From assembly GCA_018238155.1 (NCBI GenBank), contig JABCTZ010000045.1:36452-100451 (forward strand): 64,000 nucleotides of DNA, in the 5' to 3' direction. Numbering within the stretch: the first letter of the stretch is position 1; each line of letters begins with the position of its first letter. This document shows, one piece after another, positions 50,411-60,126 of the stretch. Under the pieces are notes generated by a model, which was not told the DNA's origin, did not search any database, and was given only the letters and a program-made list of their open reading frames with translations. The stretch comes from Candidatus Heimdallarchaeota archaeon (lineage in GTDB: Archaea; Asgardarchaeota; Heimdallarchaeia; JABLTI01). Made by a program: the position numbers and the translations under genes.

Positions 50411-50473
50411 TATTTAGTATATTATTATTATAAAGAAACAATTTAAGCTACTACAATAAGTAACTTAAACATT

Positions 50474-51952
50474 CTAAGGTTTTATTATTTGATCGGTCAA
50501 TTTAGATTCAAGTTTTTCGAAATAAGCCAATACATTCTCAGGAGAAAACATTAAATTTTCAATTAAATGTTCCAATATTGCAGAAATTTGAGCTAATTCT
50601 GCTTCAAATATGTCTCGTGTTAACTTTTTTGACTCGCGAATTTTTTTAACAATAGGTGTTTCAAAAAGATCGATTCTCCTTTCTAATACATTATTTTGAT
50701 CTAACGCAAATATTTCTTCTAATTGTATTTCATCCAAGGAATTTGAAAATCTATTTGAAGAGAGAGATTCTTTAGAAACTTCAACAATTCGTTGAACATT
50801 TCGATTCATCCTCCATTCATCAAAAGTACTATGTGTTTCAATGAGTATATCCAATGACAATATACTAGTCAATGGTATTTCGTGTTGATTTATCCACCTA
50901 ATTAACATCATCTCTACAGATCGTCCATGACAAGTTTGAATGCCAACCAATCCTGCACTAAGAGCTTCAAAAAGTGCTTTACTATGTTCAGCAGTTTGTA
51001 TCTCACCAAGGTATACCCAATTCGGAGATCTATGTAAAAGCTTGATAATTTCTTCACTTTTTGAGCTATGATTTACTTTAGTATCAAAAGGAGAAACAGA
51101 ATATCTCGTTTGAAATTTATTATATTTAGTTTGCTCTATACTTTCAATTACGTCTTCTACAGTAATCTTACGCCAATAATTCGGAGTTAAAAAGTCAATT
51201 GAATTTGCTAAAGTAGTTTTACCAGAACCAGGTTCACCAATCACGGTAAAATTGTTTCTTCTTCGCATTACAAATATTAAATATGCAGCAGATTGAAGGC
51301 TTAACATATCACAAGAAATCAATTCAGGTAAAGTCCATATTTTTTTTCTCAGTTTCCGTATATTCATACTCATTCCATCGGCAGCTAATGGAGGAATATC
51401 TATTGCAGCCCTAATGTGAAACTTTGAGGTCTTTAATTCAACTTTTAAAGAAGGGTTTAGATAATTGATTATAGCATCTCTCTCTAAACACAACCTTGTT
51501 TTTATTGATTCTAATTCCTTTGTATTTAAGAAAATGTTTGTTAAACATCGCCCATAATCTTGATGATCAATATACAAAGAAGTGCCAGGTTTATCCAGAT
51601 ATATTTCTTGAACTTTATCATCATTCAATAAAGGAAACAAACGCTCTAATCCAATTATCCTATAAACAAGCCAGTCACACAAAAAATCTCTTAATTTAGA
51701 GGATTCGAAATGTAATTTTTCCAAATAGTTCATAATCGATTTTCTTAAATAATTGATTAAGGGATCAAGTTTGATTACATCGGTATCTAAAACACCTTTT
51801 TCAGAAAGAAGCTGTTTCTCAATTCCATAACAAAGTGAATTATATTTTTTGATATCAAAAGTTACTTCTGTTTGATAGAATTGTTTTCTTGATTTATCTT
51901 TAAAAATAGTAATTTTATATGGAGATACTAAATATTTCTCAATTCGTTTCAT
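50474..51952 (-). CDS. TadA/CpaF/VirB11-family pilus assembly ATPase
   Basis: NIRK, GEPGSGKTT, TVEDVIE, HRSPNWVYLGEI, TCHG. Confidence 0.9.
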   Translation of the reverse strand: MKRIEKYLVSPYKITIFKDKSRKQFYQTEVTFDIKKYNSLCYGIEKQLLSEKGVLDTDVIKLDPLINYLRKSIMNYLEKLHFESSKLRDFLCDWLVYRIIGLERLFPLLNDDKVQEIYLDKPGTSLYIDHQDYGRCLTNIFLNTKELESIKTRLCLERDAIINYLNPSLKVELKTSKFHIRAAIDIPPLAADGMSMNIRKLRKKIWTLPELISCDMLSLQSAAYLIFVMRRRNNFTVIGEPGSGKTTLANSIDFLTPNYWRKITVEDVIESIEQTKYNKFQTRYSVSPFDTKVNHSSKSEEIIKLLHRSPNWVYLGEIQTAEHSKALFEALSAGLVGIQTCHGRSVEMMLIRWINQHEIPLTSILSLDILIETHSTFDEWRMNRNVQRIVEVSKESLSSNRFSNSLDEIQLEEIFALDQNNVLERRIDLFETPIVKKIRESKKLTRDIFEAELAQISAILEHLIENLMFSPENVLAYFEKLESKLTDQIIKP

Positions 51953-51973
51953 CTAGTACACCCCAAAATAAAA

Positions 51974-53029
51974 TTAAAATAGCATAGGAAAACGATATTC
52001 TTGTTCTTCTATATCTTCAATTTTTGGTGGAGATAATTCTTTCACTTTTTCCTTGAATATTTCTTTTAAGACTGTTCTATGGTGATCTCTAATAGAATAT
52101 TCTGCTACATTGCAAATATTGGCTAGTGATTTTTGAGTTAAAATTTGCCTATGCCCTCCAACTTTCCCAATGATTCTATCTGCACAATAAACCACAGAAA
52201 CAGCAAAAATATAGGGGTTTCTCCCTCCTCTTGTTTTCAAAGAGGTTTCGGCTAATATCTCTCGAGACAGTTGAAGAAGCTTTTGTTCATAAGCTAGTTT
52301 TTCTAATTCAATATTAGATAATCTTGGGTGAATGTCATTTTCCTCAACTATAGAGGATACTATTCTTTGTAAGTAGTCTTCACTCTTTCGAATTCTGAGA
52401 GAGATACCTAATTCTACAGGTAAATTTTGAGCAAGCTTCACAATAGATTTGCCACTTACACGATGTCCCAAATCTTTGAAAATTGAGATTATTTCACTGA
52501 GTCTTATTGGAGCATTAGATGCAGATTCACGAATTGAAACCATTAAACATAGTGCTACTAATACGATGTGATTTGAAATCTTCTCAATTTTATTTGCACT
52601 TTCAGCACTAACAACTACTTTGTAAAGATAAGCAGCACGTTTCTTAACACCATCAGATATATCTAGGAATGCAGCAACTCGATTCAAACTCATTAACGAT
52701 CTATAATCAGTTTCATGATTGCCGATTTTTATACGGAGATTATATCTTCTCTTCAATTTTCTAAATTTGTATTGACCTTTTGAAGAAAGTGTAGTTCCTT
52801 TTCCATCATGAAAATAACCATCATTGTGATAACCAATATAGCTACCAAGTCCGTCTACAATATGAACTCTTTTTCCTGGAGCAAGCTCCTGATTCCAAGG
52901 TATTTGAGAACTTCCATTCTCTGTTAAGAAAGCAATACTATTCACTGCTCCACATTCAACACAAACGAATTCCCCTCTTGTCTGTACAAGAGTACCATTA
53001 CAAACATTACAAATTCTGTCTTCTACCAA
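51974..53029 (-). CDS. tfb: divergent transcription factor B (TFIIB) paralog
   Basis: CNVC...VCVECGAV Zn ribbon, two cyclin folds, GRNPY, TQKSLA...VAEYSIR; TTG start at 53029 inferred. Confidence 0.85.
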   Translation of the reverse strand: MVEDRICNVCNGTLVQTRGEFVCVECGAVNSIAFLTENGSSQIPWNQELAPGKRVHIVDGLGSYIGYHNDGYFHDGKGTTLSSKGQYKFRKLKRRYNLRIKIGNHETDYRSLMSLNRVAAFLDISDGVKKRAAYLYKVVVSAESANKIEKISNHIVLVALCLMVSIRESASNAPIRLSEIISIFKDLGHRVSGKSIVKLAQNLPVELGISLRIRKSEDYLQRIVSSIVEENDIHPRLSNIELEKLAYEQKLLQLSREILAETSLKTRGGRNPYIFAVSVVYCADRIIGKVGGHRQILTQKSLANICNVAEYSIRDHHRTVLKEIFKEKVKELSPPKIEDIEEQEYRFPMLF

Positions 53030-53442
53030 ATCAGAACACCAAGACAAGAATTGTGATAAATAATCTTTTAGATTTTGAAGTTTAAAATGATGATAAATAG
53101 TATAGTTTATACTATACACATGATAACGATCTTGATTAAAAATACATGAATACCCTATAAAGTGGGGAAGGTCGCCGAAAGTATTCAAAATAGTTGTTGG
53201 GTCAGCAAAAAAAGTAGGTCATAGCATTTAGAATGCTCACCCAAATGCCTTTCCATCATTCCCAACAGACTAAAGTTGTTTCTAGATGGTTAATAATTTT
53301 ATTATGTGATTTTAATTATTCAGCAATTCTATTTGTAGAATTCACCTTAAATAAACAGTTAAATGCATTTTTCCAAAAAAATTATTCAGTCGGTTATAAG
53401 AAATGTTTTTTAAATTAAAGGCAAAAAGCAAATAAAAACATT

Positions 53443-53637
53443 TCATGGATTCAATCCTTGTAATTTTTCAGATACATCTTGAAAAATATCTTGTGTAAAA
53501 CCTAAGATATCAGTTACAATTGAAACTAAAAGTACAAAAGCAAACAATGCCAATCCAATTAGGATGCCTTCCTCAATTAAAGGAGATGCTTTTTTGTTTT
53601 TTGCGATTTTTCTTAGTCCAAGTAAATCTTTTTTCAT
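53443..53637 (-). CDS. Flp-like type IV pilin (class III signal peptide), 64 aa
   Basis: MKKDLLGLRKIAKNKKA|SPLIEEGILIGLALFAFVLLV; E at +5; GAGG SD. Confidence 0.75.
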   Translation of the reverse strand: MKKDLLGLRKIAKNKKASPLIEEGILIGLALFAFVLLVSIVTDILGFTQDIFQDVSEKLQGLNP

Positions 53638-53707
53638 AAAAAATTCCTCAAAATTAAATATTGTTTTACTATTAAAAACACCACATATATTATAAAAATT
53701 AATTTGA

Positions 53708-53782
53708 TGCCCCGACCGGGATTTGAACCCGAGTCTACAACTCGAGAGGCTGTAATGATTGACCGAACTACACCATCGGGGC
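53708..53782 (-). tRNA. tRNA-Glu (anticodon CTC)
   Basis: GCCCCGA/TCGGGGC acceptor stem, ACAGC-CTCTCGA-GTTGT anticodon arm, GGTTCAAATCC T arm. Confidence 0.96.
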
Positions 53783-53885
53783 AAATTTAAACTAGGCGTT
53801 TTTTATTCAACGTTTTCTAGAATTTAATTTAAGAATAAATGAGTTTCTATTATTGTGTAAAAAAAAGTTGAATGGGATATTACAA

Positions 53886-54485
53886 TTATTCTGATAATCT
53901 AGCTTCCCAATCAAGTATTTTTTCAGATAAACCGATCTTTTCTTTTGGAGGAAAATCGTTTTCACCCTTTCTGATAAAACTGTTTCCTATACGTCTAATT
54001 TCATAGAAAACTCTACTAAATGAAAAGCTGGTTTCAATTTGCTCTAATGCTTCAATAAGAGTCTCACCTACTTGTTTAAAATTAGTAGATTCATTCATTT
54101 TCTGAAATAAATCTATGAAAATTGGGTGTTGTGGACTTCCTGTATGTGAAGGTTGTATAGAGGGTTCCGATGCTTGTTGAGGTGCTTTGGCGGGAGGTTG
54201 CTCTTTCTTTGTAACTTGCTCCTTTTTAGAAGGTTTCTCTTTTGCCACAGGAGTGAATACTTTGGTAGATTGAGTTTTTGATATATTAGTAGATAAAACA
54301 TCAAATTTCTTCGTTAAATCATTTAATTGTGAACTAATATTTGTAAAACCAGTACCAAGACCATCTATTGATGGTACAATTACTTCTATAGATTTTCTAA
54401 TAGCAGCAATATTTGAATTCAATTCGTTTAATTGTTCAATCATTTTATTAAAAGTTGTGAGAAAAATATCATCTTCAGTAGACAT
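53886..54485 (-). CDS. hypothetical coiled-coil / P-rich linker / helical-domain protein
   Basis: 199-aa ORF divergent from the AAA+ ATPase. Confidence 0.7.
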   Translation of the reverse strand: MSTEDDIFLTTFNKMIEQLNELNSNIAAIRKSIEVIVPSIDGLGTGFTNISSQLNDLTKKFDVLSTNISKTQSTKVFTPVAKEKPSKKEQVTKKEQPPAKAPQQASEPSIQPSHTGSPQHPIFIDLFQKMNESTNFKQVGETLIEALEQIETSFSFSRVFYEIRRIGNSFIRKGENDFPPKEKIGLSEKILDWEARLSE

Positions 54486-54698
54486 TAAATCAACTCATAT
54501 GTACTTAAAGTTAAGTTATTAGAATAAATAATATCTTTTGCTTTTTAAAATATTAGATTCTGACAGTAAAAATATCCAATTCTATAATATGTGAATATAA
54601 ATTAAGCCCTATTAACCGACACTTTTTTATCGAAATAGCAAACATATGAATCATATCAGTGTATAATACGAAATACTTGTATTACAGAGGGCGAAACA

Positions 54699-55655
54699 AT
54701 GGTTAATATGAAAAGTAAAGCATCTCCATTTGTGAAACATTTTGAAGCGAGAAAGGAAATATTGAATATTTGGATTAAAAAGATGGGCTATAAAAGAAAT
54801 CCATTTCTTGGTTTTACTTTACCAAATCCAGAATTATTGGTAGAAATGCCAGATTTTCTTGAATCTCTAGTTGATATTATTGTTGCAAACGAAAGACCAG
54901 CTATTTTTTTAAGAGGACCAGTTGGAGTTGGGAAATCAACACACTTAATTCTAATTAGAAGAGATATTAAAGATTTACAAGATTTAAGTGGGAATTCGTT
55001 CAGAACAGCATATATAGATAGATCAGGTTTACATGCTAGACAATTCGCTAGGTTATGTGCTATAGGATTCAATGTTAAATTCAATAAAACAGATGACTCT
55101 GATGAAATAATGGATGCAGTTGGGAAAGACATAAAAATGAAATATTCAGAAGACCAAATAAGATCCGTACTTCTTGCAGAAGATATAAGTGAAAACCAAC
55201 ATGAAATCTTCAGTAAACTACAATATCTAGCAGATCTTAATGCAGAAGCAACAGAAGAACCAATTGCTACAATTTTAATGACAGGAACAACTGAATATTT
55301 TCAAGCATTAGCTGCAGTACTTCCTCAAATTGCAGATAGATGTGAACCGATAGATGTTCCTAAATTTGAATTGAAACATTCTAGGGAATTCATTGGACGA
55401 AGAATATCATATGCAAAGAAAGAAATCTCAAGTTTCGACCTAGATAATTTTTCCATTAAACCTTTTGATGATAATGCTGTACGAATATTACATGAGAGTT
55501 CACAAGGCATTCCAAGAGATTTAAGATTGTTATGTAGAGCAGCAATTAGTTTGGCTTCAGACACACTTTCTAGGAAAGAAAGTGAAGGTGAAATTAATGT
55601 CGAAATGGCACGAATGATTTCTAATCACTATAAACAATTCTTAACAGAAGTATAA
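54699..55655 (+). CDS. AAA+ ATPase of the ExeA/TniB/Cdc6-related type
   Basis: GYKRNPF, Walker A GPVGVGKS, atypical Walker B LLAED, PQIADR, SQGIPRDL. Confidence 0.8.
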   Translation: MVNMKSKASPFVKHFEARKEILNIWIKKMGYKRNPFLGFTLPNPELLVEMPDFLESLVDIIVANERPAIFLRGPVGVGKSTHLILIRRDIKDLQDLSGNSFRTAYIDRSGLHARQFARLCAIGFNVKFNKTDDSDEIMDAVGKDIKMKYSEDQIRSVLLAEDISENQHEIFSKLQYLADLNAEATEEPIATILMTGTTEYFQALAAVLPQIADRCEPIDVPKFELKHSREFIGRRISYAKKEISSFDLDNFSIKPFDDNAVRILHESSQGIPRDLRLLCRAAISLASDTLSRKESEGEINVEMARMISNHYKQFLTEV

Positions 55656-55714
55656 TATTTCAAGCAATATTTATATTTCAAGTAATACAAGTAATAAATC
55701 AAGTATTAATTAAG

Positions 55715-56053
55715 GTGGAAGAAATGAGCTTATTACAAAAATATAGAAAAGAAGAAACAAGAAAGACTACACCTGAAGAAGAAAAACGAACACCAATTAA
55801 AAAAGTAGAAACGAAGGAACGCCCAATAGCTCCAAAAGAAAACATAAAGAAAGCCAAAAAAATTCCTAAAGAGAAAACACCAGGTGTTCGAAGTAGACCA
55901 GTAATTTCAGCAACGGTTAGTATAGAATTAGTAAATGCTTTAAATGTTTTAACAGAGGAAAAATATTTGAACAGATCCAAATTCATTGAAGATGCATTAA
56001 TTAGAACCATTAAAACTGAATTTCCAGATATTGCTAAAAGATATTCCTTCTAA
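55715..56053 (+). CDS. RHH DNA-binding protein with a long K/E-rich N-terminal tail
   Basis: RPVISATVSIELVNALNVL...NRSKFIEDAL. Confidence 0.8.
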   Translation: MEEMSLLQKYRKEETRKTTPEEEKRTPIKKVETKERPIAPKENIKKAKKIPKEKTPGVRSRPVISATVSIELVNALNVLTEEKYLNRSKFIEDALIRTIKTEFPDIAKRYSF

Positions 56054-57164
56054 TACTAATAATACTTGTATTAGAAATATTGCTTGTAATAGTCATATTA
56101 TATGTAATACATCTAATACATAAACATAGCAATATAATTGAAATAGAAAGTATTAACGAAAAGATTCTTTAATATTTATTCAAAATTCTAGTTACAATTT
56201 TCTATATAATAATATATAGGTACTTATGAAAGATAATCCATATTACAAGTATTACTTATAATACAAGTGTTTTTTGAGATAGATCATTGAATTAACCTGG
56301 AAAAAGAAAATAGGTATTTTATTAATAGTGGGATAAAGAGAGTTATTTATAATGTAAGATAAATATTACCTGAAATAGTTATATTTCTAGTAACATAAGT
56401 AATACAAATAATACATAATGTGGCGGTTTATGAGACTTCATTGTATAAAACAATGGTAATTAATTAAATGTACTTAAAAGCATCTGCGAGATACTAGAAA
56501 AATCCCAGGTTAACAATTATATTTCATTTAGACTACAATAAATATCATCAATAATAGTTAAAGCAAGATAATTGTATTGAAAGTATATTGCTTGTAATAC
56601 AAGTAATATAAGTATAACGTGTTCAAAATAAATACTATAAAATATCAAATTAGAACACGCTCTGTTAATATAGATAGCACATCATTAGAAACACTAATAT
56701 GAAAAGTCCTTCACAAACATAAATTAGCTTTTTGAACAAACAAAATTAGGTATTACAAATATAAATTAGATTTCACAAGTGAAAATCATCTTTCCCAATT
56801 TAGGAAGTAGGTATTTTCCAATAATAATGAAAGAAACTTTGACTAAGTATTAGTTTAAAGGATCGTTTGATTTTAAACTAAAATATTAACAGGTGATTGC
56901 TAAATTTCATGAATAACCAAATGGAGAAATTGATTTAAGTAATTCAAGTATTACTTATATTACATAGCATTCTCAGTTTTACTGTTTTCTTGATGAAAAA
57001 CTGTAAAAAGAGATAGAAATACAGTGTTAGATGAGAGAGGAAATTTGTAACGAATTTTAGTAAATATATCAAAATATTAGACGATTTGTGAGTAGAACGC
57101 ATGTTTCTTAAACAAAGTATATATAGCAGTTTTAGTCGTATAATATTGTATACCAGGTGATATT

Positions 57165-57665
57165 ATGTCAAGCAAAGAAATTCATTTAATTAAGAAACGA
57201 TTACGAGAAACGATGTCAAATCCTATTATTAGTCTTTTTTATTCGAAGGAAGAAAAAAGCGGAAAAGGATCTAAAGAATGGACTAATTTAACAAAAATCC
57301 AACTAGAAACGTTGATTATTGATATTATAACAGATGAAATTAACCCTAATCTCGGATATTTAGAACGAGGTAAGGTCAGAGGAGTAACTAAAAGAGCGTT
57401 TTATAGAACATTAGAACAAGCTAGATTAAATTTGATACGAGCAATGTTTACAATTATGATATCAGGAGTATTAAACATTATAGATTCTCCGAGGTTATCA
57501 GATTTTAATGCTTTATCGCAAAATTTTGTTGATCTAATAAACATAAATAACCAAACGAATCAAACTCCTGAAGATAAAGAAAAATGGATAAAACTCTATA
57601 CAAAAATGATTTTTGAGAATACACAAAATCTGAAAAAACAAACTGCATTATCAAAACCTAAGTAA
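57165..57665 (+). CDS. HTH-like hypothetical protein
   Basis: LTKIQLETLIID...RGVTKRAFYRTLEQAR; AGGTGA SD. Confidence 0.7.
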   Translation: MSSKEIHLIKKRLRETMSNPIISLFYSKEEKSGKGSKEWTNLTKIQLETLIIDIITDEINPNLGYLERGKVRGVTKRAFYRTLEQARLNLIRAMFTIMISGVLNIIDSPRLSDFNALSQNFVDLININNQTNQTPEDKEKWIKLYTKMIFENTQNLKKQTALSKPK

Positions 57666-57709
57666 TAAGAATAATATATGAAATATAAGTAATACAAGTA
57701 TTTCATACA

Positions 57710-60100
57710 TTATTGCTTGTTTTTTAAAGCAGACACTATTGCTTGACCACAGCTAATAGCCCCATCACCACAAGGTAAATTTTTGTGTTCAATAAATTCT
57801 AAATTAGCCTCCTTTACTTTTTTAGCAATATGGGAAGTAATAAAGTGATTATATGCTACACCACCAGTAATTCCAATTTTTCTAATATTATTTTCCTTTG
57901 CATAATTTATGGACGCTTCAGCATATTGATTTGCTAGCTCATAATGAGCTGCCAAAGCAATGTCATAAGGATTTTTACCTTGACTAAAGAATTCATATGA
58001 TTGAAGAATTAAAGGCGTTGTAAAGATAATATTGTCACTAGGTGAAGGAATTTTAAACTTAATTTTATCTCTTGTTCCTAATTTAGCAAAAGATTCTAAT
58101 TTTATTGCAGGTTCTCCTTCATATGTTCTCTCTGAACAGAAACCAAGTAGTGAACTCAAAGAAGCCAATATTCTTCCAGTACTAGTTGTTTCGTAAAGAT
58201 TTAGTTTCTTTTCGAGTTGTACAAGTAATACTTGTATTTCAACAGAACGCCCTGGAAAACTATCAAGGTATTTATTTTCAAGTATTTTCCTCAAGTTTTC
58301 ATGATCCATAACCTTAGACAAAATACCAGCAAACATTCTAATTGGGTAATATGTTGCACGATCCCCACCAATCATTATTTGTTCTTCGAGGTGGAAAATT
58401 CTCTCGAAACTAGTATAGCTAGTATGTAGGATTTCTCCTCCCCATATTTTCCCATCATCACCATAACCAACTCCATCAGCGACGATTGCAACTATTTCAT
58501 CTGCTAATGATAATTTATTATCTATCATTAATGCTACTGCATGAGCATGATGATGTTGAATTTGAAACAAGTTACTGTTAAATTTTGAAGCATATTCTTT
58601 TGCTAATGCAGTTGATAAAAAGTTTGGATGCAAATCACAGCCAATAGAAGTATAATTACTAACTCCTAAAAGATGAGATAAATGTTCTATAGATGATTTC
58701 AAGAAATCTAAAGTTTCAAGAGTATTGACATTACCTATATGCTGTGTTAGGAAACATCGATTCTTATATGCAATTGCACCAGTTGATGTTAGAAGAGGAC
58801 CTACGCCCAATGATTGCTCGTTCTTCAAATCGAAAGGCAGGTTAATAGGTTCTGGAACCCATCCTCTGGATCGTCTAATTAAAACAGGATTATTGTTTGT
58901 TATTCTTATAACACTATCATCAGCGCGTTGGAATATTTCTCTGTTATGTAATAGGAAGAAATCTGCTAAATCAGCTGTATTTGATAGAATCTTTTCGTTT
59001 TCAACATACATTGGAATATCAGAAGGATTTGCACTGGTTAGTATAATTGCTGAATCAGAGATTTCCTCTAGAATCAATGAATGTATGCCTGAATAAGGAA
59101 GCATAACACCAACATTGAATAGATCTGGGGAAATCCATTTTGATAAGATAAAAGGATTTTTCTTTTTTAGTAAAACTATTGGTTTTCGATAACTTGTAAG
59201 TATTTGTTTTTCAATATTTTCTATTTCTGCATATTTCTTGATATCAGTAATAGATTTTGAAATTAAAGCAAATGGTTTATACTTTCTCTTTCCTTTCTTA
59301 GTTCGAAGTCTAAGAATAACTTCATCATCTGTAGCAGAACAAGCTAAATGGGTTCCTCCAATTCCTTTTATTGCTACTATTTTACCTCTTCGAATTTGTT
59401 TTGCTGTTTCTTTTATCATATTCACACATTCAACAGCTTTTCCGTCTTTATCATATAATGACATGGATGGACCACATAGAGAACAACAAGTCGTTTGTGC
59501 ATGATGTCGTCTATCTAAAGGATTGTTATACTCTATTCTGCATGAATCACATAATGGAAAGGCAACCATTGTGGTATGTGGACGATCATAAGGCAATTTG
59601 GTAATAGTTGAATATCTAGGCCCACAAATTACACAAGATGTAAAAGGATAATTATTTCTAGTACTATTAGGATTTTTCATATCATTCAAACAATCTGTAC
59701 AAATCGATATATCAGGTGGAAGATAAGAAATACCTCCAGCTTTGGTTTCAGAACTTTTTAGTATGGAAAAATTGTTGAACTCATTTTTACATCTCTCCCA
59801 TTCAATTTGAAAATCTTCATATTTGGCTAAATGAGGTTTTTTTTCTTGTAAATCATTTACAAATGATTCTAAGTCAACTTTTGACCCTTCTGCAATAATT
59901 ATAACACCAGCATCACCCTGATTTCGTACAAATCCCACAAGTTTATGATTTATAGCAATTCTATAAACAAATGGTCTGAAACCAATGCCTTGAACTATTC
60001 CTCTACAAGCTATTCTAACTCGAAAAATCAATCGTAAATCCTCAGGAAAGAGTTTATTTAATTGGATAGTATATTTTTCTTTCGTTAAATACACTACCAT
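57710..60100 (-). CDS. hypF: carbamoyltransferase HypF (true start probably TTG ~60031)
   Basis: GIVQGIGFRPF, CGPRY, KGIGG, QHHHAH, DGVGYG, GGVAYN, GDGAIS. Confidence 0.96.
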   Translation of the reverse strand: MVVYLTKEKYTIQLNKLFPEDLRLIFRVRIACRGIVQGIGFRPFVYRIAINHKLVGFVRNQGDAGVIIIAEGSKVDLESFVNDLQEKKPHLAKYEDFQIEWERCKNEFNNFSILKSSETKAGGISYLPPDISICTDCLNDMKNPNSTRNNYPFTSCVICGPRYSTITKLPYDRPHTTMVAFPLCDSCRIEYNNPLDRRHHAQTTCCSLCGPSMSLYDKDGKAVECVNMIKETAKQIRRGKIVAIKGIGGTHLACSATDDEVILRLRTKKGKRKYKPFALISKSITDIKKYAEIENIEKQILTSYRKPIVLLKKKNPFILSKWISPDLFNVGVMLPYSGIHSLILEEISDSAIILTSANPSDIPMYVENEKILSNTADLADFFLLHNREIFQRADDSVIRITNNNPVLIRRSRGWVPEPINLPFDLKNEQSLGVGPLLTSTGAIAYKNRCFLTQHIGNVNTLETLDFLKSSIEHLSHLLGVSNYTSIGCDLHPNFLSTALAKEYASKFNSNLFQIQHHHAHAVALMIDNKLSLADEIVAIVADGVGYGDDGKIWGGEILHTSYTSFERIFHLEEQIMIGGDRATYYPIRMFAGILSKVMDHENLRKILENKYLDSFPGRSVEIQVLLVQLEKKLNLYETTSTGRILASLSSLLGFCSERTYEGEPAIKLESFAKLGTRDKIKFKIPSPSDNIIFTTPLILQSYEFFSQGKNPYDIALAAHYELANQYAEASINYAKENNIRKIGITGGVAYNHFITSHIAKKVKEANLEFIEHKNLPCGDGAISCGQAIVSALKNKQ

Positions 60101-60126
60101 TTATTTTAAGAAGATTGACATATAAT

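Larger units (their letters stand above)
54672..57702. repeat. dispersed array of about 8 copies of GTAATACAAGTA(A/T)T (9-bp AAGTAATAC units, both orientations)
   Basis: Copies at 54672(rc), 55682, 56061(rc), 56241-56271, 56399, 56594, 56939 and 57689. Confidence 0.8.

Noticed and set aside
53638-53784. N-terminal half of the 113-aa ORF 53443-53784
   Set aside because: Overlaps tRNA-Glu; the real gene is the pilin starting at ATG 53637
54672-57702. Repeat array as a degenerate CRISPR
   Set aside because: Units are about 14 bp, irregularly spaced and in both orientations
32656-60100. hypD and hypF as a hydrogenase operon
   Set aside because: They are 24 kb apart with no hydrogenase or hypC/E genes nearby; scattered hyp genes are ordinary in archaea
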